The notes under the pieces were generated by a model. That model saw only the letters and a program-made list of their open reading frames with translations. It was not told the origin of the DNA and did no database searches. Made by a program: the position numbers and the translations under genes. This document shows positions 11,260 through 23,957 of a DNA stretch of 64,000 nt, piece by piece; position 1 is the first letter of the stretch, and each line of letters begins with the position of its first letter. The stretch is from an uncultured Gammaproteobacteria bacterium (GTDB lineage Bacteria; Pseudomonadota; Gammaproteobacteria; UBA9214), in NCBI GenBank assembly GCA_963748215.1, contig CAVVHS010000006.1:256001-320000 (forward strand). The letters are read 5' to 3'.

Positions 11260-11284
11260 TTCCCCGGCTTTTCATGCACATATC

Positions 11285-12385
11285 ATGTCCGACCTGACCA
11301 CCATCCGTAACCATATCAAGGACCTTGACGGGCGTTCGGCAAGCCTTAGGGGGTACCTTTGACCTCGAAAGCAAGTCTGAACAGCTGACCGAGGTCATTC
11401 GCGAACTGGAAGAACCCGACATCTGGAACGATCCCGCGCGTGCCCAGGAGCTGGGCCGCGAGCGTGCGCGGCTCGAGGACGTGGTGCTGACGCTCAACCG
11501 GCTCACCCACGGCGTGCGCGATGCGCGCGAACTGCTGGAGATGGCCGCCGAGGAGGGTGACCAGGAAACCCTCGATATTATCGAGTCCGACCTGGACGCG
11601 CTGGAAACCGAGATCGCCGGGCTGGAATTCCGGCGCATGTTCTCCGGCGAGATGGACGAGGCCAGCGCCTTCCTCGATATCCAGGCCGGTTCCGGCGGTA
11701 CCGAGGCGCAGGACTGGGCCGAGATGCTGCTGCGCATGTACCTGCGCTGGGGCGAGCGGCACGGTTTCAAGACCGAGCTGATCGAGGTGTCGCCCGGCGA
11801 GGTCGCCGGCATCAAGAGCGCGACGGTGCAAGTTCGACGGTGCCTATGCCTTCGGCTGGCTGCGCACCGAGACCGGCGTGCACCGGCTGGTGCGCAAGTC
11901 ACCCTTCGATTCCGGCAATCGCCGCCATACCTCGTTCGCTGCCGTGTTCGTCTCGCCCGAGATCGACGACGACATCGACATCGAGATCAATCCCGGCCGA
12001 TCTGCGCATCGACGTCTATCGCGCCAGCGGCGCCGGCGGCCAGCACGTCAACCGCACGGAATCGGCGGTGCGCATCACGCACGCGCCGACCGGCATCGTG
12101 GTGCAGTGCCAGAACGACCGTTCGCAGCACAAGAACAAGGCCACGGCGATGAAGCAGCTCAAGGCCAAGCTCTACGAACTGGAGATGCAGAAGCGCAGCG
12201 CCGACCAGCAGACGCTGGAAGACAGCAAGTCCGATATCGGCTGGGGCAGCCAGATCCGCTCCTACGTGCTCGACCAGTCGCGCATCAAGGACCTGCGCAC
12301 CGGCGTGGAGGTGGGCAACACCCAGGCGGTGCTGGATGGCGATCTGGACGAGTTCATCGAGGCCAGCCTGAAGAGCGGATTATAG
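11285..12385 (+). CDS. prfB: Peptide chain release factor 2 (programmed +1 frameshift; extra apparent indels ~11835 and ~11995)
   Basis: [13 protein letters not shown] anticodon motif, [17 protein letters not shown]; directly upstream of lysS. Confidence 0.95.
11348..11363 (+). promoter_or_regulatory. RF2 programmed +1 frameshift site
   Basis: AGGGGG-TAC-CTT-TGA-C, in frame with ATG 11285 (CTT is codon 25). Confidence 0.93.
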
Positions 12386-12399
12386 GTATCATTCAGCTC

Positions 12400-13887
<1,488 letters not shown>

Positions 13888-13928
13888 GCTCCCGTTCCGA
13901 TCATCCAGACGTTTACGGAGGTGCCTGC

Positions 13929-14546
13929 ATGGGCAAGCTCAAGAGTTTCCTGAAGACGTCCCTGCTCGGCGGCGTGGTGGTGATCCTGCCGGTGGCGATC
14001 CTGGCGGCCGTGTCGCTGTGGGTGTTCAACCTCGTGACAGGGTTGATCGAGCCATTAACGCGACTTCTGATAAAAGATTCACAACTAAATGAATATGCAG
14101 CAGAAGTTCTTGTGATAATCCTGATCATCGTGAGCTGCTTCTTCGTCGGCGTGCTGGTGCGCACCCGGCTGGGCAGTTTTTTCTACCGGGTGATCGAGAC
14201 GCGCATCCTCAAGCTCGCGCCCGGCTACTCGATGATCAAGGACACCGTGCTGCAGATCTTCGGCAGCCGCAAGGATTCACCGTTTTCGTCGGTGGCCATT
14301 GCGCAGATCTTCGGTAACGATACACGGGTCACCGCATTCATCACCGACAAGCATGCCGATGGCAGCTATACCCTGTTCGTGCCCACCGGGCCGAATCCCA
14401 CCTCGGGCCTGATCTACCACCTGGACGGGAAATATGTACAGCCGGTGAAAATCCCGGTGCAGGATGCGATGCGCTCGATTATCAGTTGCGGCGCCGGTTC
14501 GGCGAAGCTGATGCAGGATTACACCGCGCAGCGCGCGGGGGGCTAA
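13929..14546 (+). CDS. DUF502 family membrane protein
   Basis: Two TM helices, YSMIKD, FVPTGPNPTSG. Confidence 0.85.
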   Translation: MGKLKSFLKTSLLGGVVVILPVAILAAVSLWVFNLVTGLIEPLTRLLIKDSQLNEYAAEVLVIILIIVSCFFVGVLVRTRLGSFFYRVIETRILKLAPGYSMIKDTVLQIFGSRKDSPFSSVAIAQIFGNDTRVTAFITDKHADGSYTLFVPTGPNPTSGLIYHLDGKYVQPVKIPVQDAMRSIISCGAGSAKLMQDYTAQRAGG

Positions 14547-14674
14547 CCCGGACAGGTCGCTGGCCGCGTGCAAATCATGCGCCGGAAACATGTTCAAGCA
14601 GGGGCAGGATATTTTCAGATTCAGGTGATCACAGGTCAACCCGCGACCGACAGGGGCACTATCCCCATCAAGTG

Positions 14675-16243
14675 TCAGCCGCTCTGTGCGACATTGGTGA
14701 TGTCGATGTAAACCTTGAGGCGCTGCCCCGGTTGAAGGAGTTTTCCCTTGGGCAGGCTATTCCAGCGGCGCAGGTCGGTGACGGCAACGTTGTACTTTTT
14801 CGATATGCGGTACAGCGAGTCACCGCTGCGAACGGTGTATCGAATGGTGCGGATCCGTTTGCCGTCCGGTGCCGCACCATCCCTCGTGTAAAGTGCCAGT
14901 TTCTGTCCCGGCTTGATGGCGGCCCCCGGGTCCAGGCGGTTCCATTGGCTGATCTGGCTGACCTTGACCTTGTGATGTTTCGCAATCGACCACAGGTTGT
15001 CGCCGGCGGTCACCTCGTAGTTGATCGTACTGCCGGTGCGACTGGCGACCGCCCGCTTGAGGGGGGTCGCGGAATATATGGCGGGGTCGCGCGCCGCAAC
15101 CGGCACCAGCAGATGTTGTCCTGACCTGATCCGGGTTCCGCTGAGCTGGTTGGTGCTGCGCAGTACGGCAACCGTGGTGTCATAGCGACTGGCGATGTGT
15201 GACAGCGTCTCGCCGTGCTTGATGGCATGGCGCACCCACTTCAGTCGCTTGTCGTCGGGCAGTTCATCGAGTCCCTGCATGAAGGTGTCGGTCTTGTCGG
15301 TCGGAATGGCCAGACGGTGCGGGCCGTCGGGGTGCGTGGCCCAGCGGTTGAAGCCGGGATTCAGCTGGTAGAGTTCCTCGGTTTCCATCCCGGCCAGTTC
15401 GGCGGCGATGCCGATGTCGAGTTGCCCGTGCGTATCGATCACGTCGAAGGCGGGCTTCGGGTCGATGGCAGACAAGTCGATAGCGTAGTGATTGGGCTGG
15501 GTGACGATGGCGCTGATGGCAAGCAGTCGCGGCACGTAGGCGGAGGTTTCCTTCGGCAGCTTCAGGTCCCAGAAATCGGTCGGCTTGCCGGCCTTTGCGT
15601 TGCGCCTGATGGCCGAGCGCACGGTGCCGCTTCCCGAGTTGTAGGCAGCCAGCGCCAGCAGCCAGTCGCCGTCGAATTCGTCATGCAGCTTACCCAGGTG
15701 ATCGAGCGCCGCTTCCGTCGAGGCGATGACATCGCGTCGGCCGTCATACCACCAGTCCTGTTCCAGTCCGTAGAGCCGGCCGGTGCCGGGGATGAACTGC
15801 CAGAGGCCGGCGGCGCGTCCGTGCGAATAGGCAAACGGGTCATAGGCGCTTTCCACGAACGGCAGCAGCGCGAGTTCATGCGGTTGGCCGCGCTTCTCTA
15901 CCTCGTGCAGGATATAGGCCATGTAGGGGGAGCCGCGCTCGAAGATCTTCTCCACCTGGTCGGGATTTCTGCTGTAGGTAGCGATCTGGCGCTGCACGGC
16001 ATTCCGCTGTGATCCGGACAGGTTGAAACCGCTGCGCAGCTGTTGCCAGAAATCATCATCGGTATAGACCGTCTGCGAGGCAGGATTGCCGGCGGCCGGT
16101 TCTTCCTGTGCAGTGATGAAGGGCATGATGTCAGCTGCCGCGTCTGCGGCGGGTTCTACGTGTGCGACCGGGCCATCAACGGATGCACACCCTGGTTGCA
16201 GCAGGATGAACAGGGCGGGCAATGTCAGACGCAGCGCTTTCAT
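14675..16243 (-). CDS. mltD: Membrane-bound lytic murein transglycosylase D (SLT + three LysM)
   Basis: LPFVESAY, AAGLWQF, LALAAYNSG, ETSAYVPRL; three LysM repeats. Confidence 0.9.
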   Translation of the reverse strand: MKALRLTLPALFILLQPGCASVDGPVAHVEPAADAAADIMPFITAQEEPAAGNPASQTVYTDDDFWQQLRSGFNLSGSQRNAVQRQIATYSRNPDQVEKIFERGSPYMAYILHEVEKRGQPHELALLPFVESAYDPFAYSHGRAAGLWQFIPGTGRLYGLEQDWWYDGRRDVIASTEAALDHLGKLHDEFDGDWLLALAAYNSGSGTVRSAIRRNAKAGKPTDFWDLKLPKETSAYVPRLLAISAIVTQPNHYAIDLSAIDPKPAFDVIDTHGQLDIGIAAELAGMETEELYQLNPGFNRWATHPDGPHRLAIPTDKTDTFMQGLDELPDDKRLKWVRHAIKHGETLSHIASRYDTTVAVLRSTNQLSGTRIRSGQHLLVPVAARDPAIYSATPLKRAVASRTGSTINYEVTAGDNLWSIAKHHKVKVSQISQWNRLDPGAAIKPGQKLALYTRDGAAPDGKRIRTIRYTVRSGDSLYRISKKYNVAVTDLRRWNSLPKGKLLQPGQRLKVYIDITNVAQSG

Positions 16244-16443
16244 AACATATATGTATCGTCAAAGCTGAAATCGGGCTTGAAAGGTAAACTGTGATGCAGT
16301 TCACCATTGTGCCGCACCATGGGTGCTTGCGGTACGGGACGGTGTACCAAGTATGCTGACAGCCCCCCGGGGTCAGGTCAACCGCCATCCCGTCTGCTGT
16401 TTTCATGACGCGCCCGGTGCGCAGATGCGGTAAACTGTGCCTC

Positions 16444-17208
16444 ATGAAAACAGACGTTTCCATGCCTTCCCGCGCCATGTCATTGCGCAATTGGTATCAG
16501 CGTCCGCTTGGGCAGCAACTGGCCGCGGCGGAAGCGGCCGCGCTCGCCGCACAGCTGCCGATGCTGTTCGGCTATCACATGGTCGTCATCGACCCGCCAT
16601 GGGGGCAGTGCCGGCTGGATGACAGCCGTATTCCGCATCACGTCATCCAGAGCGTCGGACCCTTGACGCAGCCGGGCGTGGGGCTTTCCGCGGATACGGA
16701 AAACTGGCCGATCATGACCGATTCGATCGATGCCATCGTCCTGCCGCACACCCTCGAACTCAGCAACAATCCGCACCAGGTGCTGCGCGAGGCCGACCGC
16801 AGCCTGATCCCGGACGGCCACCTCGTGATCCTGGGCTTCAATCCGTTCAGTCTGTGGGGCCTGCGGCGGAAACTGACGCGGCGCAGCAATACCATGCCCT
16901 GGGGCGCGCGCTTCCAGAGCCTGCACCGTATCAAGGACTGGCTCGGCCTGCTCGGCTTCGATACCCTGCACAGCCATTACCTGTTCCAGCGACCACCGGT
17001 GCGCAGTCGGCGCGTACTGGCGCGATTGCAGTTCATGGACCGGGTCGACGGCAATGGCTACATGCTGCTGTCGGCGAGTTATATCCTGGTCGCACGCAAG
17101 CGCACCGTCATCATGACGCCACTCAGGGAAAGCCTGCGTCCGCAAACACGACTGTTTCCGGTGGGCATACCGTCTTCAAACCAGGGCAATGTGCGCAGAT
17201 TCAACTGA
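16444..17208 (+). CDS. YafS-like class I SAM-dependent methyltransferase
   Basis: [32 protein letters not shown]; directly before rnhA; start uncertain. Confidence 0.85.
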   Translation: MKTDVSMPSRAMSLRNWYQRPLGQQLAAAEAAALAAQLPMLFGYHMVVIDPPWGQCRLDDSRIPHHVIQSVGPLTQPGVGLSADTENWPIMTDSIDAIVLPHTLELSNNPHQVLREADRSLIPDGHLVILGFNPFSLWGLRRKLTRRSNTMPWGARFQSLHRIKDWLGLLGFDTLHSHYLFQRPPVRSRRVLARLQFMDRVDGNGYMLLSASYILVARKRTVIMTPLRESLRPQTRLFPVGIPSSNQGNVRRFN

Positions 17209-17653
17209 AACGGAGATCTTCACTGACGGGGCCTGTCGCGGCAATCCCGGACCTGGCGGGTGGGGTGCGCTGCTGCGCCACAACGGTCACGAGAAGACCC
17301 TGTACGGTGCGGAGACGCAGACGACCAACAATCGCATGGAGCTCATGGCGGCCATCGCCGCCCTGGAAAGCCTGAAGCGACCGTGCCGAGTGCACCTGGT
17401 CACCGATTCGCAGTATGTGCAGAAGGGCATCGAGGAGTGGCTGGCGGGCTGGAAACGGCGCGGCTGGAAAACCGCGGCCAGAAAGCCGGTCAAGAACGTG
17501 GACCTGTGGCAGCGCCTGGACCGTGCCGCGAGCGGTCACGTCGTCCGCTGGAGCTGGGTACGCGGCCACAGCGGCCACGAGGAAAACGAGCTGGCCGACC
17601 GGCTGGCGAACCAGGCGATCGACGAACTGCTGCAGGATGGAACGACGCCCTAG
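17189..17653 (+). CDS. rnhA: Ribonuclease HI
   Basis: [46 protein letters not shown]. Confidence 0.96.
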   Translation: MCADSTETEIFTDGACRGNPGPGGWGALLRHNGHEKTLYGAETQTTNNRMELMAAIAALESLKRPCRVHLVTDSQYVQKGIEEWLAGWKRRGWKTAARKPVKNVDLWQRLDRAASGHVVRWSWVRGHSGHEENELADRLANQAIDELLQDGTTP

Positions 17654-17999
17654 CCCGCATTTCTCACCGGGCGGCAGTCGTTTCACATAATGAGCTGAAA
17701 TGATGGACGTGATGCCAGTTCGGCATAAAACAGTGTGTTAGCGGGCATTGCCTATCCCGGCCCTGGCTGGTTCTCGTGCACCCGTACTTGCGATGTACAG
17801 GGACGTACAAGTGGTCGCTCTCGCACATCCCTGTACTTCGCGACACTCGGACTCCTGTCCATCGTCGCGGGAGTCAGGAAGTCGGGAGCGACCTGTTCAC
17901 ACAAGTGGTGGCTACGGCTACCACTTTCGCTCCAGAGCGGCGTCCGGTCACACGAGCCCTGTGCCAGCATCCGGGATCCCGGTGAGAAATGCGGGCTAG
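17650..17999. mobile_element. 350-bp MITE-like element with perfect 18-bp TIRs and CTAG flanks
   Basis: CTAG-CCCGCATTTCTCACCGGG (17650-17671) ... CCCGGTGAGAAATGCGGG-CTAG (17978-17999); left CTAG contains the rnhA stop. Confidence 0.85.
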
Positions 18000-18080
18000 C
18001 GACGCCCGTGCGTCGGTACGCTGGCAAGTAGCAGCCGGACAGTTCGTGGCGCAGCGCACCGTATAATACGAGGAACAGTC

Positions 18081-18812
18081 ATGCGGCAAATCGTGCTCGA
18101 CACCGAAACCACCGGCCTTGAACCTGCCGATGGTCATCGCATTATAGAAATCGGTTGCGTAGAACTGGTGGACCGGCGCCTGACCGGCAATACCTACCAT
18201 CAGTACATACAGCCTGACCGGCAAATCGATGCAGGCGCCATCGAGGTGCACGGCATCACCAATGAACAGCTGCTCGACAAGCCGCGTTTCGCCGATATCT
18301 CCGGCGAATTCCTCGATTTCATACGGGGCGCCGAACTGGTCATACACAATGCACCGTTCGATGTCGGTTTCATCAACCACGAGTTACGCCTGCTCGGCGA
18401 GCCCGCAGACAACGTGGCGCAGCTTTGCGGCGTACTGGATACCCTGCAGCTGGCACGGCGCATGCACCCCGGACAACGCAACAGCCTCGATGCATTGTGC
18501 CGGCGCTACGATATAGACAATTCCCGGCGCGATCTGCATGGCGCATTGCTGGACGCCGAGATACTGGCCGATGTCTACCTCGCCATGACCGGAGGCCAGG
18601 TCAGCCTGTCGCTGGATGCTAATGGCTCGAACGAGGCGCGCGGTGGCGGCAGCGCGGATGGTGTCATCCGCCGACTGCCGGCCGGGCGGCCGCAGTTGCG
18701 GGTGATCAGGGCGACGGACGAGGAAGCTGCGCTGCACGAGGCCAGACTGGATGCCATCGCCGGCAAGAGTGACGGCAATGTGGTCTGGCGTAATGCAGAC
18801 GGCTCATCCTAG
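18081..18812 (+). CDS. dnaQ: DNA polymerase III epsilon subunit
   Basis: LDTETTG, HNAPFD, LHGALLDAEILA..MTGGQ. Confidence 0.96.
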   Translation: MRQIVLDTETTGLEPADGHRIIEIGCVELVDRRLTGNTYHQYIQPDRQIDAGAIEVHGITNEQLLDKPRFADISGEFLDFIRGAELVIHNAPFDVGFINHELRLLGEPADNVAQLCGVLDTLQLARRMHPGQRNSLDALCRRYDIDNSRRDLHGALLDAEILADVYLAMTGGQVSLSLDANGSNEARGGGSADGVIRRLPAGRPQLRVIRATDEEAALHEARLDAIAGKSDGNVVWRNADGSS

Positions 18813-18911
18813 GTGTCAACTCGCGCAAAGACACCAGCATAGAAATAACGCCACAGGGGGCGCCGGGGACACAGAGCATGATCATGCCCTGATTCGTAAT
18901 CCAATTATCTT

Positions 18912-19018
18912 GTAGGAGCGGATCTCATCCGCGATCTTTTCTAGCGTGGTAAAGATCGCGCTTGCGAAGCGCGCCTACGACAATCAGTCAACCTGTAGGA
19001 GAGGATCACGCCCGCGAT
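18912..19018. repeat. GTAG-family REP doublet plus third copy
   Basis: GTAGGAGCGGATCTCATCCGCGAT (18912-18935), inverted ATCGCG..GCGCCTAC (18955-18978), GTAGGAGAGGATCACGCCCGCGAT (18995-19018). Confidence 0.75.
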
Positions 19019-19067
19019 TATTTTCTGATGGTGCTCCGATGCCCGCGCGAAGCATGAATCCGGCGCG

Positions 19068-20770
19068 TCAGAACATCGAGTCCAGCAGCAGGTAACTGCC
19101 CAGTACCACCGCGATCCACAACACCATGCTGCCGGTAGGCCATGACTCCGCCAGGTGATAGTCCGCCAGTGACGTCCTGCAGTATGCGCTCAACACGTGA
19201 CGCCGGTAGAACTGCTTCACACCTGCCAGTACCTGCGTCGTCCGCTGCAGGGCGCCGTATACGAAACGCCCGCCCGCCGGCAACAGCTTGCGGTACAGCC
19301 ACTCGGCATCGATGTTCACCGCGTGCAGTTCCGGCGGATAGATGCCCTGCTTGTTGAGCCAGACAAAGGCCAGCGCGGAGAAGAACAGCAATTGCAGCTG
19401 CGACAATACGTGAGTGGTCCCGTAGGGCCAGTAGTCGACATCCCAGGGCAGCAGTGCATAGAGGTACTGCGGCTGGCTGCCGTTGAATATGCACAGCGCT
19501 GCCGCCAGTCCCATGGCCAGCAGCATGTTGCGCGGTGCTTCCGTGGTGCGGATGCCTGAATCGTGGGCGAAGAAGGCAAAATACGGGATCTTGATGCCGG
19601 CATGATGGAACACGCCGGCCGATGCAAACAGCAGTGCCAGCCACAGCACGTCATGTCCTTCCCCGATCATGGCGCTCATGACCATCGACTTGCTGACGAA
19701 GCCGCTGAACAGCGGAAACGCGGAGATCGACGCGGCACCGATGATGCACAGCGTGGTTGTTTTCGGCATGGACTTGTACAGGCCGCCAAGGTCAGAGCCA
19801 TTCATCCTGCCGGTACGGAACAGCACCGCGCCCATGCTCATGAACAGCAGTCCCTTGAAGATGACGTCGTTGAAGGCGTGCGCCACGGCGCCGTTCAGGG
19901 CCAGCGCGGTGCCGATGCCGATCCCGCACACCATGAAGCCGAGCTGGTTGATCATGCTGTAGGCCAGCACACGGCGCAGGTCGTTCTCGATGACTGCGTA
20001 GAAGATCGGGAAACAGGTCATCACGACGCCGATATACACCAGCAAGCTCGGTGCCCGGAAAACCGCGCGCCAGTGCATAGACCGCCACCTTGGTGGTGAA
20101 GGCGGACAGGAACACCGTGCCGGTGGGTGTGGCTTCCGGGTAGGCGTCGGTCAGCCAGTTGTGCAGCAGCGGGAAGGCGCACTTGATGCCGAAGGCGAGA
20201 AAGATCAGCCAGCCGCTGATGCCCTCCAGGCCGATGAAGTCGAAGGCCAGCGAACCGGTCTGCCGGTAGTGCAGGAGCGCGCCGGCCAGCAGCAGCAGGC
20301 CCGAAGCTCACCTGGAACAGCAGGTAGCGGATGCCGGCACGGCTGGCCCGGGCATTGCGGCGTGCCCAGATCAGGAACACGGAACTGAGCGCGAGCAGTT
20401 CCCAGAAGATGAACAGCGTGATCAGGTCGCCGGCGAACACTGCGCCGAGTGCGCTGCCAGCGTAGACCAGGCCCGCGACGTGCTGCGTGGTATCGCGCAC
20501 ATGCAACGCGAAGATTACCGAGATGAAAGCCGCGATATGAAACAGGTAGCCGAACAGCAGGCTGAGCCGGTCGGTGCGCAGCAGCACCAGTTCGAATTCC
20601 AGCACCTGCATGCTCAGGGTGGTGCCGGGCATTACGTCCAGCCAGAGGTGCAGGCCGCCCAGCGCCGGCGCTGCCAGCATGATGGCAGCACGCAGCCGGC
20701 CGCGTGTCAGCAACGCGAGCAATGCCGCGATCAGGAACGGGACGAACGGTGGCAACTCACTCGTCCACAT
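19068..20770 (-). CDS. Mrp Na+/H+ antiporter D-like subunit (frameshifts ~20305 and ~20045)
   Basis: FIFWELL, WLTDAYPEATPTG (alternate frame), LRRVLAYSMINQLG, AHAFNDVIFKGLLF, PLFSGFVSK. Confidence 0.85.
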
Positions 20771-21014
20771 GGTAGTAGTCTTCCGGACGCATGAGCAGTC
20801 TGCGCAGCTGTTTTGCGATCAGTACCAGCGTGACACAGGCCACGAAGCCGAACAGGGCGTAGAAGCCGGGTAATCGCTCCCAGGCATGTGCAGCGTGTCG
20901 GTGCAGGATGAAATCGAGTGCGAGCAGGATGATACAGGCGCCGTAGAACACGCGAAACAGCAGAGTCACGTTGCGCGGCTTGTCGAACAGGTGCTGCTTG
21001 TCATTGCCGTGCAT
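20757..21014 (-). CDS. Small two-TM Mrp-associated protein
   Basis: PGFYALFGFVACV..LMRPEDYY; lies between two D subunits and overlaps the downstream one. Confidence 0.75.
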   Translation of the reverse strand: MHGNDKQHLFDKPRNVTLLFRVFYGACIILLALDFILHRHAAHAWERLPGFYALFGFVACVTLVLIAKQLRRLLMRPEDYYHVDE

Positions 21015-21015
21015 G

Positions 21016-22482
21016 TCAGTGGCCCCCGCTGACATCCAGTGCGAGTTGATAGAAAGGCTCAGGGTAGAAAAACAGCAGCAGGCAGGCAAGCGAGGTGATG
21101 ATCATCGCGGCCAGGCAGCTGGTAGGCGCCTCGTGGATGCCGGTGTGACCGGTACTGTCGTGCGCGGTGCCGAAAAACGCCCGCACCGGGATCGGCAGCA
21201 GGTAGGCGATGTTCAGCAGGGAGCTGAACAGCAACACGCCCAGCAGGAGCCACTGGCCGGCCTCGACAGTGCCCATGCCCAGGTACCACTTGCTCCACAT
21301 GCCGCCAAACGGCGGCAGTCCGATGATACTCAGGCTGCCGATAAAAAAGGCGCCGAAGGTGACGGGCATGGCGCGTCCCAGCCCGGCCATGTCGCTGATC
21401 TCGGTCTTGTGCGTGGCCACCAGGATGGCGCCGGCGGCGAAGAACAGCGTGATCTTGGCGAAGGCATGCATGGTGATCTGCAGGGCGCCGCCGAGGATGC
21501 CGGGCTGCGTCACCAGCAGTGCCCCCAGCACGATATAGCCCAGCTGACTGATGGTGGAATAGGCCAGCCGTGCCTTCAGGTTGTCCTTCGTCATGGCGAC
21601 CAGCGAGGCGAGCAGGATGGTGGCGCCGGCGAACCAGATCAGCCAGTCGGCGGCGCCGCTGTCCGTGATGAAGCCGGTGCCGAACACGTAGATCGTTACC
21701 TTCAGTACACTGAAGACACCGGCCTTGACCACGGCAACTGCATGCAGCAGTGCGCTGACCGGCGTCGGCGCGACCATCGCCGCCGGCAGCCAGCGATGAA
21801 ACGGCATGACCGCCGCCTTGCCGATGCCGAAGACGAACAGCGCGAGCAACAGGCCGGCCCAGGCGGGATCGAGATGTCCGGCCAGGATGCCGCCGCGCCG
21901 GAACTCCAGCGTACCGGTCACGCTGTAGGTGATCAGGATGGCGAACAGCAGCAGGCCGATCGAGGTGCCGAGCAGGATGCCGAGATAGGTGCGTGCACCA
22001 CGCCGTGCCGCATCGGTGCCGGCATGGGCCACGAGCGGAAACGTCGCCAGGGTGAGCAGTTCGTACCACAGGAACAGGGTCAGCAGGTTGCCGGCAAAGG
22101 CCACGCCGAAGGTGCAACCGAGTGCTACAGCGAACAGGGCATAGAAGCGCGTCTGCTGTTGTTCATTGTGGCCACGCATGTAGCCGATGGAATAGAGGGT
22201 CGTGACCGGCCACAGCAATCCCGCCACCAGCGCAAACAGCATGCCGAGCGGTTCGATGGACAGCACGATCGGCAAGCCGGGCAGCGGTTCGGCGAGCTGC
22301 CATGTCACTACGGCACCGTCTCGAACGTGCGGGTACAGCGCGACTGCGCAGGCCGCGACAGTCACGGCAACCGTAACGGACAGCGCCTCGCGCAGGTCCG
22401 GCCAGCGGCCGAGCAGGGCGATGCCGACGGCCGCCAGCAGGGGCAGGGCCAGCATCGACAGCATCAGTGCCTGTGCCGTCAC
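21016..22482 (-). CDS. Mrp antiporter D-like subunit
   Basis: LWYELLT, WLPAAMVAPTPVSALLHAVAVVKAG, LKARLAYSTISQL, HAFAK. Confidence 0.88.
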   Translation of the reverse strand: MTAQALMLSMLALPLLAAVGIALLGRWPDLREALSVTVAVTVAACAVALYPHVRDGAVVTWQLAEPLPGLPIVLSIEPLGMLFALVAGLLWPVTTLYSIGYMRGHNEQQQTRFYALFAVALGCTFGVAFAGNLLTLFLWYELLTLATFPLVAHAGTDAARRGARTYLGILLGTSIGLLLFAILITYSVTGTLEFRRGGILAGHLDPAWAGLLLALFVFGIGKAAVMPFHRWLPAAMVAPTPVSALLHAVAVVKAGVFSVLKVTIYVFGTGFITDSGAADWLIWFAGATILLASLVAMTKDNLKARLAYSTISQLGYIVLGALLVTQPGILGGALQITMHAFAKITLFFAAGAILVATHKTEISDMAGLGRAMPVTFGAFFIGSLSIIGLPPFGGMWSKWYLGMGTVEAGQWLLLGVLLFSSLLNIAYLLPIPVRAFFGTAHDSTGHTGIHEAPTSCLAAMIITSLACLLLFFYPEPFYQLALDVSGGH

Positions 22483-23957
22483 GGTCCGGTTACCGTGAGC
22501 AGTCGCACGGCCGTCGTGGCCGTGTCGACAGTCAGCCGGGTATCCAGGCCAAACCAGATATTGGCCAGCACCAGCAGCCAGATCGGCACGAGCATGGACA
22601 GGGGGGCTTCCTGCAGCGGTTGTGCGTCGGGTGCCGGGACCCGGAACAGCATGGCATCCACCAGTTTCCACAGGTAGGCGACGGCCAGCAGCGAGCCGGC
22701 CAGCACCACCAGTGCAATCAGCCAGTCCTGCTGCTCCAGCGCGGCCAGCACCAGGTACCACTTGCTGATGAAACCGGCAGTGCCCGGGACACCGACCAGG
22801 CTCAGTCCGGCGATGACGATGGCGCCGAAGGTCCAGGGCATCTGGCGGGCGCTGCCAGCCAGCCGGTCGAGCCGGCTGGAGCCGATGCGATAGACCAGTG
22901 CGCCGAGCGCCATGAACAGCGCGCCTTTCATCAGGGCATGGTTGAAGACATGCACGATGGTCGCGGTCAGTCCGAGCGCCGATCCGTAGGCGATGCCCAG
23001 TACCATGTAACCGATCTGGCCGATACTCGAATAGGCCAGCAGGCGCCGGGCATCGGGCTGGTAGATGGCCGCCACCGACGCGAACAGCACACCGGCCACG
23101 CCCAGCAGCAGGAACACCAGGCCTGTGGGTGTGAGCGCGACCAGGTTGCTCGGAAACACGGTGAAGACCATGCGCAGCATGATGTACACAGCGACCTTGG
23201 TTGCGGTCGCTGCCAGGAACACCGTGACGGCGATCGGTGCATAGCAGTATACGTTCGGCAGCCAGAGATGCAGCGGGAACATGGCCAGCTTGAGCCCGAT
23301 GCCCACCACGATAAACGCGAAGCCGGTGTGCACCGTGCGGTGTGAAGCGACGTCGAATAACTGGGTATGCAGGTCCATCATGTTCAGCGTGCCGGTCTCG
23401 GCATAGATCAGGCCGATGCCGATCAGCAGGAAGGTGGCGCCGATCGTGCCCATGATGAGGTACTGGTAGGCGGCAGTCAGTGCCTGGCGGCGCTGGCCGA
23501 GACTGATCAGCGCGTAGGAAGACAGCGAGGATATCTCCAGGAACACGAACAGGTTGAACACGTCACCGGTCTGGCTGATACCGAGCATCCCGTCCATGCA
23601 CAGCAGGAAGGCGGCGTAGAACAGTGATCTCTGGTGGCGCGGTATTTCACGTTCGACGCTGCGCAGGGCATACGGCAGGGTGACGGCAGCGATGCCGGCG
23701 ATGATCAGGGCGACCAGCGCATTGAGTGCATCGACGCGGTACTCGATGCCCCACGGCGGCGCCCAGCCGCCCAGTTCGTAGCTGACCACGTTGCCACCGG
23801 CGACTGTCTGCAGTTGCCAGACGGCCAGCGCGAGGCAGGTCCAGGCGACGCCCGTGGCCATCAGCCATGGCAGCCGTCCCGCTGGCAACAGTGCCGTGAC
23901 CGGTGCGGCCAGCAGCGGAAGGGCAACCAGCAGGAGACTCGGGCTGGCCTCGATCAC
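22479..23957 (-). CDS. mrpD: Mrp antiporter subunit D
   Basis: DVFNLFVFLEI, LKLAMFPLHLWLP, LLAYSSIGQIGY, NHALMK. Confidence 0.88.
   Translation of the reverse strand: MIEASPSLLLVALPLLAAPVTALLPAGRLPWLMATGVAWTCLALAVWQLQTVAGGNVVSYELGGWAPPWGIEYRVDALNALVALIIAGIAAVTLPYALRSVEREIPRHQRSLFYAAFLLCMDGMLGISQTGDVFNLFVFLEISSLSSYALISLGQRRQALTAAYQYLIMGTIGATFLLIGIGLIYAETGTLNMMDLHTQLFDVASHRTVHTGFAFIVVGIGLKLAMFPLHLWLPNVYCYAPIAVTVFLAATATKVAVYIMLRMVFTVFPSNLVALTPTGLVFLLLGVAGVLFASVAAIYQPDARRLLAYSSIGQIGYMVLGIAYGSALGLTATIVHVFNHALMKGALFMALGALVYRIGSSRLDRLAGSARQMPWTFGAIVIAGLSLVGVPGTAGFISKWYLVLAALEQQDWLIALVVLAGSLLAVAYLWKLVDAMLFRVPAPDAQPLQEAPLSMLVPIWLLVLANIWFGLDTRLTVDTATTAVRLLTVTGP

Noticed and set aside
11348-11363. prfB frameshift as a novelty
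   Set aside because: Well-known RF2 autoregulation; listed as a feature only.
17735-18031. Short ORFs inside the 350-bp element as a transposase or toxin
   Set aside because: ORFs occur on both strands with no motifs, consistent with palindromic non-coding DNA.
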